Shown here piece by piece: positions 10,001 to 17,986 of a stretch of 27,038 nt of DNA (positions within the stretch are counted from its first letter, which is position 1; each line of letters starts with the position of its first letter). The notes below the pieces were generated by a model. The model had not been told where the DNA came from and made no database searches. It saw only the letters and a list, made by a program, of their open reading frames with translations. The stretch lies in IMG/VR virus record IMGVR_UViG_3300012348_000035, positions 1 to 27,038 of that record. One strand, written 5' to 3'. Both the position numbers and the translations under genes were made by a program. This DNA is from a virus. Its lineage: Duplodnaviria > Caudoviricetes.

Positions 10001-11413
10001 AACAAAACAAATCCAAGTTACGAATTAGATGTAAATGGCAGTGCTAACATCGATGATAACTTATATGTTACTGGATCAACATATCTAGGCAATGATTACA
10101 TCACAGACGCAACTTATGTAGTAGGTGATTTTGATGTAACAAATAACAGCGTCAGCAACTTATTTGTAGATCACACAACAGGTTATGTTGGTATCAATGA
10201 CAACACACCTAGCACACATTTAACTGTTGCTGGTGGATTATATCAATCAACAAGTGTAAGCGGAGAGCGTCCAGTATTCCAATATGATAATTCTTCAGCA
10301 GGTGTTAATAATGTTTTATTTCTGCGTAAAAATTATGGTGCAGGAACTTATACTACCGATGATGGAGTAGGTCTTGCTTTACAACTTGATAGTAACACAC
10401 AAAATACTAATACCGTTGCTGTAATTAATACGGCTTGGAATGCCAGTGCCCCAACTGTTAACCTAGCAACAAATATCAATGATAACACAACAGGTCCATT
10501 TGTTACCGTAGCAAGTTTTTCCTCGGCGGCTGCGTATGTCAATGGTGATTTAACGGTTAATGGTAATGATATTAAATCAAGCACAGCAACAGCACTCACG
10601 CTCAGCGGTGCAGATGTCAATGTAGCAGGTGATTTAACTATTACTGGTAATGATATTAAGAAAAGTGGTGGCACAACAGTAGTAACATTCAGTGGCACTA
10701 ATTTAACAACATTTGCCGGAGATATTGTTGTTAGTGGTAATACTATTCAAAGTTCAACAACAGCCGCATTAGAACTAAGTGGTGCAAATGTAGAAGTTGT
10801 AGGTGATTTAACTGTCACAGGTAATGATATCAAATCCAGTGGCGGAACAACTGCTATTACACTAAGTGGCGCTACAGTATCTATGCCTGATGATTTAACT
10901 GTGGACAGCGGAACATTGTTTGTAGATGCTTCAACTAACAGAGTTGGTATTAATAATTTAACACCAACAGTAGCATTGGATGTTACAGGTAGTATTTTAG
11001 CCAGTGCTAGTGTTGATGCTAATAGTTTACTTGCTACAAATAGAATTGATGGCGCTGGTGTGCTTGAATTATATTCAACAGGCTTTGGTCCAAGTGTAGA
11101 AACACAGGTATTTTATTATACTGCTAGTGGCACTAGTTTACAAACTGTTAATACATGGGCAACTGTAAGTTATATCACTGGCAAGTATACAATTTCAATG
11201 CGTAAAGGCACTGATTATCACTGTATGGATATTATGGTTTTACATGATGGCACTACTGCTTATATGAATACCTACAGTGAAATGTTTACCAATGCCAGTT
11301 TGGCTACATTTACAGTTGATATTAGTGCTGGCAATGTTAGACTAAGAGTTACTCCTGCAACTGTTGGCAGTTTAGAAATAGTTTTAGAGCGTAAATTGTT
11401 CATTGCGATTTAA
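7067..11413 (+). CDS. tail tip / central fibre host-specificity protein (lambda J-like)
   Basis: 1448 aa; 'KIPVVYG', 'NNPADVWYDYMTGSRYG', 'RYTINGVIDT', 'GDVIKIT' tip motifs; C-terminal fibre repeats. Confidence 0.85.
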   Translation: MPAFSVVGSYVATTVLGLAGTAAVVVGAIVATGAAYITSRVINGNPNKGANSAQNQGGRIQVPPATNNKIPVVYGNAYVNGIITDARLISLENKVNDVMYYCIVLSETCNNESATYSIDDVYWNDLRLTYLTDTTETHIVKDGRKNVDNPDTSIEDFIDTNFIVDTNRYAEMRIYAGGSTAAHQIFPTNSGNKANAYNYWGSSPANPNGDGSWTSANEMKGLVFAIVRVRYSGEKGFTGLPNVTFQLNNTINNPADVWYDYMTGSRYGANVPTTAIDTTPTTSALDQWRDYCDELITYTPVGGGSTTQKRYTINGVIDTARPVKDNIDIILQNGGAWLSYDVSTGLWEPIPKRAATVGELASALEFTDDNIISGITLSSTRLEDLYNMFEVEFFDKYNRDQKAYARLALDAEDRNPNEPDNQLRMSLDLVNNSVQAELLGQLELRQSRDDLVVEFTTNQYGIQAQAGDVIKITSDLYDWSPKLFRVMRVKEQETDTGGLVASIQALEYNADVYSVEPITEFTTAKNIGIGVYGASPYLPLPPAVVIATVDADAPIPNFELQVTIPTEGGPFDEIELYYAQGWDEMLVTGSIVPGTGSNGAPVGKGLLTITNTPYGHINAGDRIDLATDIFIESQITNTVVSKTFVSGGAPASDTSTLLTLNNVTGLLIGNTLTGTGIEQGSFIIDIDTGTNTVRIEDAVTVQASGTYYVTGGLGTYIVDTSTTLSGSAYLFDFPEADNYKLLKKLVPEGNDPTFTNGTIVRDTITNVPANSSTERRWFVKARMGIKKRFGAFSNPGDTDFDQGRFPYSPNPVASGALGDLTDVTLTTPTLGDFLWYDGTKWINENETRVDTTARTLRLTRENTAAGEDYEDEVALRLNDRVTDAPDNITDDGGPAIRFERSSGVSGTPVAFGQITMEWFGTTNDHRFRVVTSTDEFAPGSGSPPPYPNSPVLIESTRKYSKFNEGVLYVDAVNDRVGINKTNPSYELDVNGSANIDDNLYVTGSTYLGNDYITDATYVVGDFDVTNNSVSNLFVDHTTGYVGINDNTPSTHLTVAGGLYQSTSVSGERPVFQYDNSSAGVNNVLFLRKNYGAGTYTTDDGVGLALQLDSNTQNTNTVAVINTAWNASAPTVNLATNINDNTTGPFVTVASFSSAAAYVNGDLTVNGNDIKSSTATALTLSGADVNVAGDLTITGNDIKKSGGTTVVTFSGTNLTTFAGDIVVSGNTIQSSTTAALELSGANVEVVGDLTVTGNDIKSSGGTTAITLSGATVSMPDDLTVDSGTLFVDASTNRVGINNLTPTVALDVTGSILASASVDANSLLATNRIDGAGVLELYSTGFGPSVETQVFYYTASGTSLQTVNTWATVSYITGKYTISMRKGTDYHCMDIMVLHDGTTAYMNTYSEMFTNASLATFTVDISAGNVRLRVTPATVGSLEIVLERKLFIAI
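10537..10920 (+). repeat. 4-5 tandem ~29-aa fibre repeats (GDLTVxGNDIKSSxxTAxTLSG)
   Basis: ggtgatttaac...ggtaatgatat recurs near 10543, 10628, 10802, with a diverged copy near 10718. Confidence 0.8.
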
Positions 11414-11448
11414 CATAAATAACAGTTGGGAGTCCGCAGATTCCCAAC
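11414..11448 (+). promoter_or_regulatory. putative late promoter TAAATA plus 5' leader hairpin
   Basis: CATAAATAACAG, then gttgggagtc-cgca-gattcccaac stem-loop before RBS caggag. Confidence 0.6.
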
Positions 11449-11470
11449 TTTATTCCCTCAGGAGAACAAT

Positions 11471-11974
11471 ATGTCAGGTGTATTAAGTTTCAGCGATTGG
11501 CTAGGAGGCCCGGACAACATACAAGCGGAATCAATATTCCCTTCAACTAAGCGCACATACGCTTATAATTTCAATCAAGATATCACAGGTTGGACTTGGG
11601 CAATTGATTATCAAACATTGGTAGTAAATCCAGTTACCTATGACCGCAATGGCGTGCCAAACTTTAGTAGTAGTTTAGTTATCGGCTACTTTCCAAAACA
11701 AGAAGTCACTGTAGATAGTAGTGTATTGAATGTAGTCAGTGCTACAGCAGGCACAGTTAATATTACAATACCTGGAGGTTTATACACAGGCGCTATTATT
11801 CCTGATGCTCGTAAGAACGTGCCAATTACCATTGTAGGTATTACATGGACAACAGCAGATACACCAACACAGACTAACAGTCATCGTTGGGCATTCATAC
11901 AATGCTACGAACCCGATGTTGATATCGGCAATCCTATTTTATCAGCAGGCTATACAGCACTAACAATAGCCTAA
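11471..11974 (+). CDS. putative baseplate/fibre adaptor (BppU N-terminal-like) protein
   Basis: Start moved to ATG 11471 (RBS aggaga); 'QDITGWTW' and 'VSATAGTVNITIP' pattern. Confidence 0.5.
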   Translation: MSGVLSFSDWLGGPDNIQAESIFPSTKRTYAYNFNQDITGWTWAIDYQTLVVNPVTYDRNGVPNFSSSLVIGYFPKQEVTVDSSVLNVVSATAGTVNITIPGGLYTGAIIPDARKNVPITIVGITWTTADTPTQTNSHRWAFIQCYEPDVDIGNPILSAGYTALTIA

Positions 11975-11983
11975 GGAGATATT

Positions 11984-13204
11984 ATGAGTAATATTTCCGT
12001 TACAACAAATCAAAGTGTAATAGATGTCACGCAAAATAGTGGCATTACAGTAACCACTCCCACAGGACAGACAATTGCTGTCACTGTTCCAAATAGTAGC
12101 GTAGATGTTACTACGACCACAGATGATATCACAGTATTAACTGCTGGCACATTATACATAAACAGCAGTGGTGTTATTACCAGCGTAAATGGCAATACTG
12201 GTCCTGTAGTAGTTTTAGACACAGATGATATCAGCGAAGGCACAACTAACAAGTATTTTAGTCAAGCATTGGCTAGACAAAGTTTAAGTGCAGGCACAGG
12301 TATTAGCTATGATAATTCAACCGGTGTTATTACTAACACTAGTATAAACACTGATACAACATATACACAGAATGCCACAGCAACCACAGGCGGTGCTAAC
12401 TTAAATTTAGTTGGCAGTGATGCAACCACGGATTCAGTAAAGTTTGCTAGTGGAACAAATGTCACAGTTACAAGAACTGATGCTGATACAATTACTATTG
12501 CATCTACTGATACAAATACAACTTATACAATAGCCAGTGCATCAACCACAGGCGGTGCTAATTTAACACTAACAGGCAGTGATAGTAGCACAGACAATGT
12601 AGCCTATTTGGGCAGTGGTGCAACAACTGTAACTTCAACTGATGCCAACACTATTACAATCAGCAGTGTTGATACAAACACAACTTATACTCAAAATATT
12701 AGTTCAACTACAGGCGGTGCTAATTTAAACTTAGTTGGCAGTGATAGTTCAACTGACACAGTAAAGTTTGCCAATGGCACAGGTGTTACTGTAAGTTACA
12801 CAGATGCCAATACTGCAACTATAGCTATTGGACAAAGTGTAGGCACAACAGACGCAGTTACGTTTGGCAGTGTTAATATTGACAGCCGTGCAAGTTTAGA
12901 CACAGCAACATTAACAACTTCAGCAACTACAGCAGATCAAGTATTAGATAGTTTTGCAGCCGCAACATATCGCACAGCAAAATATTTGATCAGTGTTACT
13001 AGTGGTTCAGCATATGAATGTGTTGAACTATTAGTTGTTCATGATGGTGCTACAGCGTATCAAACAACTTATGCTGAATTAAGAACAGGTGCAGACCTAG
13101 CAAGTTTTACAGTGGATGTAAGTGGTGGAAATGTTAGACTACTAACAACACCAGTAAACGCAGTCACAGTTTACAACATAACAAGAACCGCAGTAGTGGT
13201 TTAA
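11984..13204 (+). CDS. tail fibre / structural protein with 54-aa repeats
   Basis: Thr-rich; 'TDDISEGTTNKYF' fibre motif; three repeats; C-terminal 'YRTAKY...LVVHDG...VRL' domain. Confidence 0.75.
   Translation: MSNISVTTNQSVIDVTQNSGITVTTPTGQTIAVTVPNSSVDVTTTTDDITVLTAGTLYINSSGVITSVNGNTGPVVVLDTDDISEGTTNKYFSQALARQSLSAGTGISYDNSTGVITNTSINTDTTYTQNATATTGGANLNLVGSDATTDSVKFASGTNVTVTRTDADTITIASTDTNTTYTIASASTTGGANLTLTGSDSSTDNVAYLGSGATTVTSTDANTITISSVDTNTTYTQNISSTTGGANLNLVGSDSSTDTVKFANGTGVTVSYTDANTATIAIGQSVGTTDAVTFGSVNIDSRASLDTATLTTSATTADQVLDSFAAATYRTAKYLISVTSGSAYECVELLVVHDGATAYQTTYAELRTGADLASFTVDVSGGNVRLLTTPVNAVTVYNITRTAVVV
12350..12835 (+). repeat. three 162-bp (54-aa) tandem repeats
   Basis: acaggcggtgctaa at 12386, 12548 and 12710 (period 162). 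Confidence 0.9.
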
Positions 13205-13222
13205 TCATAAGGATAATGAATT

Positions 13223-15316
13223 ATGGCAAACAAGAATTTTAAAGCGCGAATTGGTATAGAAGCACCATTAATCGCCGCAGATGATGGCACAACAGCCATC
13301 ACATTAACTAGTGCGAATGTTGCAGTAGCAGGTAACTTAGATGTTCAAGGCGGAGCAATCACAGAATCAACAGGTGCACTAACTATTTCAACAGGTGCAA
13401 GTAATGGTAATATCACATTAGATCCAAATGGCACAGGTGACATTGCTTTTACTTTAGCCACAGGTGGTAATGTTACTAATACAAGAAACTATGTCTTTGG
13501 TGCTATTCGCAATTCTACAACTGAAAATACCAATGGCGATATTTGGGAATTGAACACCGGTGCGGCGCAAAGTGCAACTAATCCATACTATCGCGGTATC
13601 AGTTTAGACAATTCAGCAGATCAAACTCGTGGTCCTGCTACATTAATGCGTAGTTATGCTGGTGCCTCAGGCGGTGGGTCAGCACAGCGTGGTCGTGTTA
13701 TATTTGAAAAGAGTCGTGGCACAAACGCCAGCCCTAGTGCTGTTCAAAGTGGCGACAATCTAGGTTCAATAGATGCCACAGGTTATACATCAACAGGTTG
13801 GTTAAATGACACAGTAGGTGCTGTGCCTATATTCTTTGGATTTAGTGCTGCAGAAAACTGGGTAAGCAACACTAACTTAGGGACAACCTTTACATTAAGT
13901 CAAGCGCCAACTGCTACAACTATTACCAGTGGTGCTAATTTAATCAATACTTTAGTTATTAACCCGCAGACATTTGCCAGCCGCAGTGATGCATTTACTT
14001 GGGCTAATGGTAAAACAGGCACAACACAAACAATGGCCTTGGATGTTAATGGTAATTTAACAGTCACAGGTGATTTACAAATTAATGGCAACAATATTTT
14101 AAGTAGTGGTGCTACTAATGCCCTAACACTGCAAGCAGTCACTGGTTTTAACTCAAACACTTATGCCGATGGTAACTTAGTATATGGTGCTATTCGTAAT
14201 ACTTCAACTGGATTGACTACTACATTAACTAATGGTGATATGTGGAGCTTAACCAATGGTGCTGCCGCAGGCACTAGAGGTTTGTGTATAGACAACAGTG
14301 TTACACCAAGTAAGCGTCCAGGTATTGTTACTCGTGCTTATAGCACTGGCAGTGGTGTTGCTCCTAGAAGTATGGCTGTAACTGAAATTGCTCGTGGTAA
14401 CCCTACAGGTGGTTTATCAGCAGTTCAAACTACGGATCGTTTCTGTGAAATGACTGGACAAGGTTATAACGGCACTAACTGGACTGGAGATGTGGTTGCT
14501 AACAACCCATTTACATTCCGTGCTGAAGCCACAGAAACTTGGAGTGATAGCCCAAGACGAGCAGGCACTAAGTTTATGGTGTTTGCACAGCCCTCAGGTG
14601 TTGATTATACAACTACTAGTGTTAGCAACATTATCAATCACAATCCATTAGGTGCGTTATATATTGCTGATACATTTCAGTTTGATACAAGAACAGCAGC
14701 CAGTGGTGGCACAGCCAAAAACTTATTAACATTGAACAATTCAGGTTCAATAGTAAAAGCAGACTCATTTACATTCCAAGATAGTAATAGTGCATTATTA
14801 CACGGCGGTGATATCAGCTATCGCAGAACATATGGTTGCTTTCACAAAACAGCCAATGTTACAGCAGCCGCTGCCAACACAGTCTATGAATTTGATTGGT
14901 ATACAGATACTACAGCACACGTAGGTAATCAAGGTGTGACAGTAACCAGTGGTAATCCAACAAGATTAAACATTGACACACAGGGTAGTTATGAAGTTGT
15001 CATAGAAATGCAGGCAAAGAACACAGACAACGCAGAAAGAACTGCTTGGGTTTGGTTAGCGAAGAATGGCACTGATTTGTCAGAAACACGCATTAAAGTA
15101 AGTCTGCGTCCAGCCAGTGGTGGCAGTGATGTTTATCAACTTATTACCAAAATGTGGTGTGTTGATAATTTAGCAGACAATGATTATCTTGAAGTTCGTT
15201 TTGCAGTGGATAATACTAGTGGCATTAGCCTTGAATATGAAGCGGCACAAACAAGCCCATTCGTAATGCCAGCACAACCTAGTGCTACAATTACAGTTTC
15301 ACCAATAGGAGCATAA
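13223..15316 (+). CDS. tail fibre / receptor-binding protein with C1q/TNF-like C-terminal head
   Basis: 'GNITLDPNGTG' shaft motif, internal ~229-aa duplication, C-terminal 'YGCF...WVWLAKNGTD...YLEV' beta-sandwich pattern. Confidence 0.75.
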   Translation: MANKNFKARIGIEAPLIAADDGTTAITLTSANVAVAGNLDVQGGAITESTGALTISTGASNGNITLDPNGTGDIAFTLATGGNVTNTRNYVFGAIRNSTTENTNGDIWELNTGAAQSATNPYYRGISLDNSADQTRGPATLMRSYAGASGGGSAQRGRVIFEKSRGTNASPSAVQSGDNLGSIDATGYTSTGWLNDTVGAVPIFFGFSAAENWVSNTNLGTTFTLSQAPTATTITSGANLINTLVINPQTFASRSDAFTWANGKTGTTQTMALDVNGNLTVTGDLQINGNNILSSGATNALTLQAVTGFNSNTYADGNLVYGAIRNTSTGLTTTLTNGDMWSLTNGAAAGTRGLCIDNSVTPSKRPGIVTRAYSTGSGVAPRSMAVTEIARGNPTGGLSAVQTTDRFCEMTGQGYNGTNWTGDVVANNPFTFRAEATETWSDSPRRAGTKFMVFAQPSGVDYTTTSVSNIINHNPLGALYIADTFQFDTRTAASGGTAKNLLTLNNSGSIVKADSFTFQDSNSALLHGGDISYRRTYGCFHKTANVTAAAANTVYEFDWYTDTTAHVGNQGVTVTSGNPTRLNIDTQGSYEVVIEMQAKNTDNAERTAWVWLAKNGTDLSETRIKVSLRPASGGSDVYQLITKMWCVDNLADNDYLEVRFAVDNTSGISLEYEAAQTSPFVMPAQPSATITVSPIGA

Positions 15317-15317
15317 T

Positions 15318-15389
15318 ATGAGATCATTACCAGAACGCGGAATTAGAACGAAAACTAATCGTAAAAAGCCTCGCCCAGGGAGAAAATAA
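15318..15389 (+). CDS. 23-aa basic micropeptide (absent from ORF track)
   Basis: RBS aggag; MRSLPERGIRTKTNRKKPRPGRK*; TAATG coupling to next ORF. Confidence 0.6.
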   Translation: MRSLPERGIRTKTNRKKPRPGRK

Positions 15390-15547
15390 TGCCAGTTAGA
15401 AAAGTCACAGGCCCTAGAGGCGGAACAGGATACAAATATGGATCAAGCGGAAAATACTACCCCGGACCAGGGGGCAGAGTTAAGGCGCAAAAGCAAGGTG
15501 TGGCTATACGCCTCAGCGAACAGCGAGCAGCAAAAAAGAAAAAGTAA
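15389..15547 (+). CDS. 52-aa basic Gly-rich phage protein (absent from ORF track)
   Basis: RBS gggag; MPVRKVTGPRGGTGYKYGSSGKYYPGPGGRVKAQKQGVAIRLSEQRAAKKKK*. Confidence 0.75.
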   Translation: MPVRKVTGPRGGTGYKYGSSGKYYPGPGGRVKAQKQGVAIRLSEQRAAKKKK

Positions 15548-15557
15548 GGACAAGAAA

Positions 15558-15830
15558 ATGTCACGAGAAGAAACTGATTTAGCCACTCACGTAGAGATAT
15601 GTGCTATCCGATATAAAGGCATAGAGGAGAAATTTGATGACGTTGAATCCAGACTATCAAAGATTGAAACAGATGTCAATGACATCAAAGTTCAAACTCA
15701 GCAGGGCTTTAGCGAGATCAAGTTATTGCTGGAGCGTCAAAATTCCAGTAAACAGGTTCAACTAATTGCTACTTTTGGAACTATAGTTACTGCTATACTT
15801 GCTTTTGCTGGTTATCTAATCACAAAATAA
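15558..15830 (+). CDS. coiled-coil protein with C-terminal membrane anchor (XhlA/holin-like)
   Basis: Start moved to ATG 15558 (RBS taagga); 'HVEICAIRY', heptads, hydrophobic tail LIATFGTIVTAILAFAGYLI. Confidence 0.6.
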   Translation: MSREETDLATHVEICAIRYKGIEEKFDDVESRLSKIETDVNDIKVQTQQGFSEIKLLLERQNSSKQVQLIATFGTIVTAILAFAGYLITK

Positions 15831-15854
15831 TTAAAGTGGGTCAAGTATCTAAAT

Positions 15855-16454
15855 ATGGATATGAGACCTCCTTTAAGCCGAAACTGGCAATATATAAATC
15901 AAAACTTGTCAGGACTAACAGATCCTAGACTAGTCGTCACCAAACACATGGACTGGGTTATACCTGGTGGCAAAGATTCAACTTGGAATGGTGTTGAACC
16001 AGACAATTACAATCTTGCTATCTATGATACAAAACCACATGACTTGGTGTTCATGCAACATCAATGCTTTTATAGATTGGATAAAACTTTTAATTATAGA
16101 AAGTGTCAAGGTTGGATGAGTTTGTATGTAGCTGAAGAACGCTTACAAACTATTTTATTCAATAGAGAAATTGTAAAAATACAACCTTTGGCATTTTGGA
16201 AATATAGTCAAAGCAAACCAATAAGAACAAAACGTAGTTTATTGGACAGAGAAAACAATTACAACAATCGCAGTGCTGACAATTTCAGCACAGAAGAACG
16301 CCTATGGATCTCGGGCTATTATGAGAATCTAAGAAGTAAATACTTTGACGATGATGAGAAATTCATCAAAGTTGTGGGCACACCCCGAGGTGCTGTCCTA
16401 AACTATCAACCCGAAGTTGATAGTTACGATGATTCTATTTTAGAAGAATCGTGA
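15855..16454 (+). CDS. hypothetical protein (start may be ATG 15861)
   Basis: 199-aa ORF, no SD, TAAATA at 15850-15855, ends before terminator. Confidence 0.7.
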   Translation: MDMRPPLSRNWQYINQNLSGLTDPRLVVTKHMDWVIPGGKDSTWNGVEPDNYNLAIYDTKPHDLVFMQHQCFYRLDKTFNYRKCQGWMSLYVAEERLQTILFNREIVKIQPLAFWKYSQSKPIRTKRSLLDRENNYNNRSADNFSTEERLWISGYYENLRSKYFDDDEKFIKVVGTPRGAVLNYQPEVDSYDDSILEES

Positions 16455-16472
16455 TTTTTACTGCTAACTTTT

Positions 16473-16508
16473 AGCCTCCCTTGGGTGAATACTTGGGAGG
16501 CTTTTTTT
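16473..16508 (+). terminator. rho-independent terminator closing the late operon
   Basis: agcctccc ... gggaggct stem followed by T7. Confidence 0.85.
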
Positions 16509-16550
16509 GCGTCTAATACTAAATTACTATGACCTATACTAAAGTATTAT

Positions 16551-16686
16551 TGTGGCTTTTTAACAACAAATAACCCTAATAGCAAAATGGGAATTATATT
16601 GACACAAAATAGCGACCTGTGCTATAATACAGCATAGGCAGTAAAAACTGCTTATATAACTTAACTTAACAGAAAGCAACTTAACA
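16551..16686 (+). promoter_or_regulatory. early promoter/leader cassette 1
   Basis: TGTGG-N8-CAACA; TTGACA 16599, TGcTATAAT 16623 (18-nt spacer); leader hairpin; AACTT repeats; AGAAAG. Confidence 0.85.
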
Positions 16687-16977
16687 ATGCAAAAACAGCG
16701 TTATGTAAATGTGCTTGATTTCATAGCACAACAAAACAAACTAGCAAAAGAATTTCGCTATACATTAGATAAAAGTAAATTTATTTTTACACAAACTAAT
16801 AGTCATGCAAATTTAGTATATGCTTATATTCCCGTAGATAATGATTTACAAGAATATATTAATAATATGCGTAAGCAAGAATTAAAGCATATTAACTTTA
16901 TGCACACACTTGCCGGTAATAAGCATAAAATTAAACTTGCTACAACTACTAAATTACGCGGTAAAATAGTGTTGTAA
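16687..16977 (+). CDS. early hypothetical protein
   Basis: 96 aa ORF behind cassette 1. Confidence 0.8.
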   Translation: MQKQRYVNVLDFIAQQNKLAKEFRYTLDKSKFIFTQTNSHANLVYAYIPVDNDLQEYINNMRKQELKHINFMHTLAGNKHKIKLATTTKLRGKIVL

Positions 16978-17104
16978 AAACACAACAATAATAACCCTGC
17001 ACAGTGCAGGGTTATTAAATTGACACAAATTGACGTCTGTGTTATAATTACACATAGACAGCAATAACGCAGTCTATATAACTTAACTTAACAGAAAGCA
17101 AATT
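16970..17104 (+). promoter_or_regulatory. early promoter/leader cassette 2
   Basis: TGTTG-N8-CAACA; perfect 14-bp inverted repeat 16989-17017; TTGACA 17020 -17- TATAAT 17043; hairpin; AACTT; AGAAAG. Confidence 0.9.
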
Positions 17105-17527
17105 ATGTTTAATATTTTCAAAAGCAAAGCACAACGCGAAAACGACACACTTATTGCACAAACACATCCTGCATGTGCTTATGCAGGCGTGCTAATGTAT
17201 GTAGCAAAAAATCCGCAAGTAGTTAACAACAAAAAATTCTTAAAAGAATTTAATAAGTTACAAACTGCTTGGTTTGAATACTACACATCAGCATATAAAA
17301 AATTTGCAGATCTACAATTAGATCTTACTAAACACAATGAGCAACTTATTTGTAGTGCTATGGCAGTTATTATTGCAAGTGTGCTTGAAGGTAACTATAC
17401 TTTAGAAGAAACAGAAGAACACAACGGTCTGCTTAACATTATTAAAAAAGAAGCAAACTTAAACAACATTCCGCGTGTTTACGCAGATGCTTACATTAAG
17501 TTTTACGAAACTGAAAGTGTGGCATAA
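17105..17527 (+). CDS. early hypothetical protein
   Basis: 140 aa ORF behind cassette 2. Confidence 0.8.
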   Translation: MFNIFKSKAQRENDTLIAQTHPACAYAGVLMYVAKNPQVVNNKKFLKEFNKLQTAWFEYYTSAYKKFADLQLDLTKHNEQLICSAMAVIIASVLEGNYTLEETEEHNGLLNIIKKEANLNNIPRVYADAYIKFYETESVA

Positions 17528-17649
17528 ACACAACAATAATAACCCTGTGTAGTGCAGGGTTATTAAATTGACACAAATTGACACTTGTGTTATAATTACA
17601 CATAGACAGCAATAATGCTTCTATATAACTTAACAGAAAGTAACTTAAC
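17518..17649 (+). promoter_or_regulatory. early promoter/leader cassette 3
   Basis: Near-identical to cassette 2; TTGACA 17568 -17- TATAAT 17591. Confidence 0.9.
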
Positions 17650-17928
17650 ATGCAAAATTTTAACAGTGAACAACACACTTACTTAATTAACTTCTTTACG
17701 CAAGAAGCACAGCACAATCGCGAACTAGCACAAGATGACGCAGATCTTGCTGACATGTATCTTAACGATGCACTACAATGCGACGCAGTTATTGCTAAAC
17801 TTAGCAACGACACAACTATTGCTACAGCAAAACAACTAGTTAGACAGTTTGACACATACGAAGACTTGTTGTGCAAAATTGCTGAATACGACGAACGCAA
17901 CGACATTGCTGACTTATTGTTAGCATAA
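17650..17928 (+). CDS. early acidic helical hypothetical protein
   Basis: 92 aa ORF behind cassette 3; no Gly, Pro or Trp. Confidence 0.8.
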   Translation: MQNFNSEQHTYLINFFTQEAQHNRELAQDDADLADMYLNDALQCDAVIAKLSNDTTIATAKQLVRQFDTYEDLLCKIAEYDERNDIADLLLA

Positions 17929-17986
17929 AAAAACGAGCACATGTAAAAGTGTGCTCAAACTTAACTTTAACAGAAAGAAACTTAAA

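Noticed and set aside
7067-15316. Diversity-generating retroelement acting on the fibres
   Set aside because: No reverse transcriptase and no template/variable repeat pair differing only at adenines; repeats are in-frame protein repeats
15438-15557. N-terminal extension of ORF 15438-15830
   Set aside because: Overlaps the better-supported 52-aa gene in another frame; ATG 15558 has its own RBS
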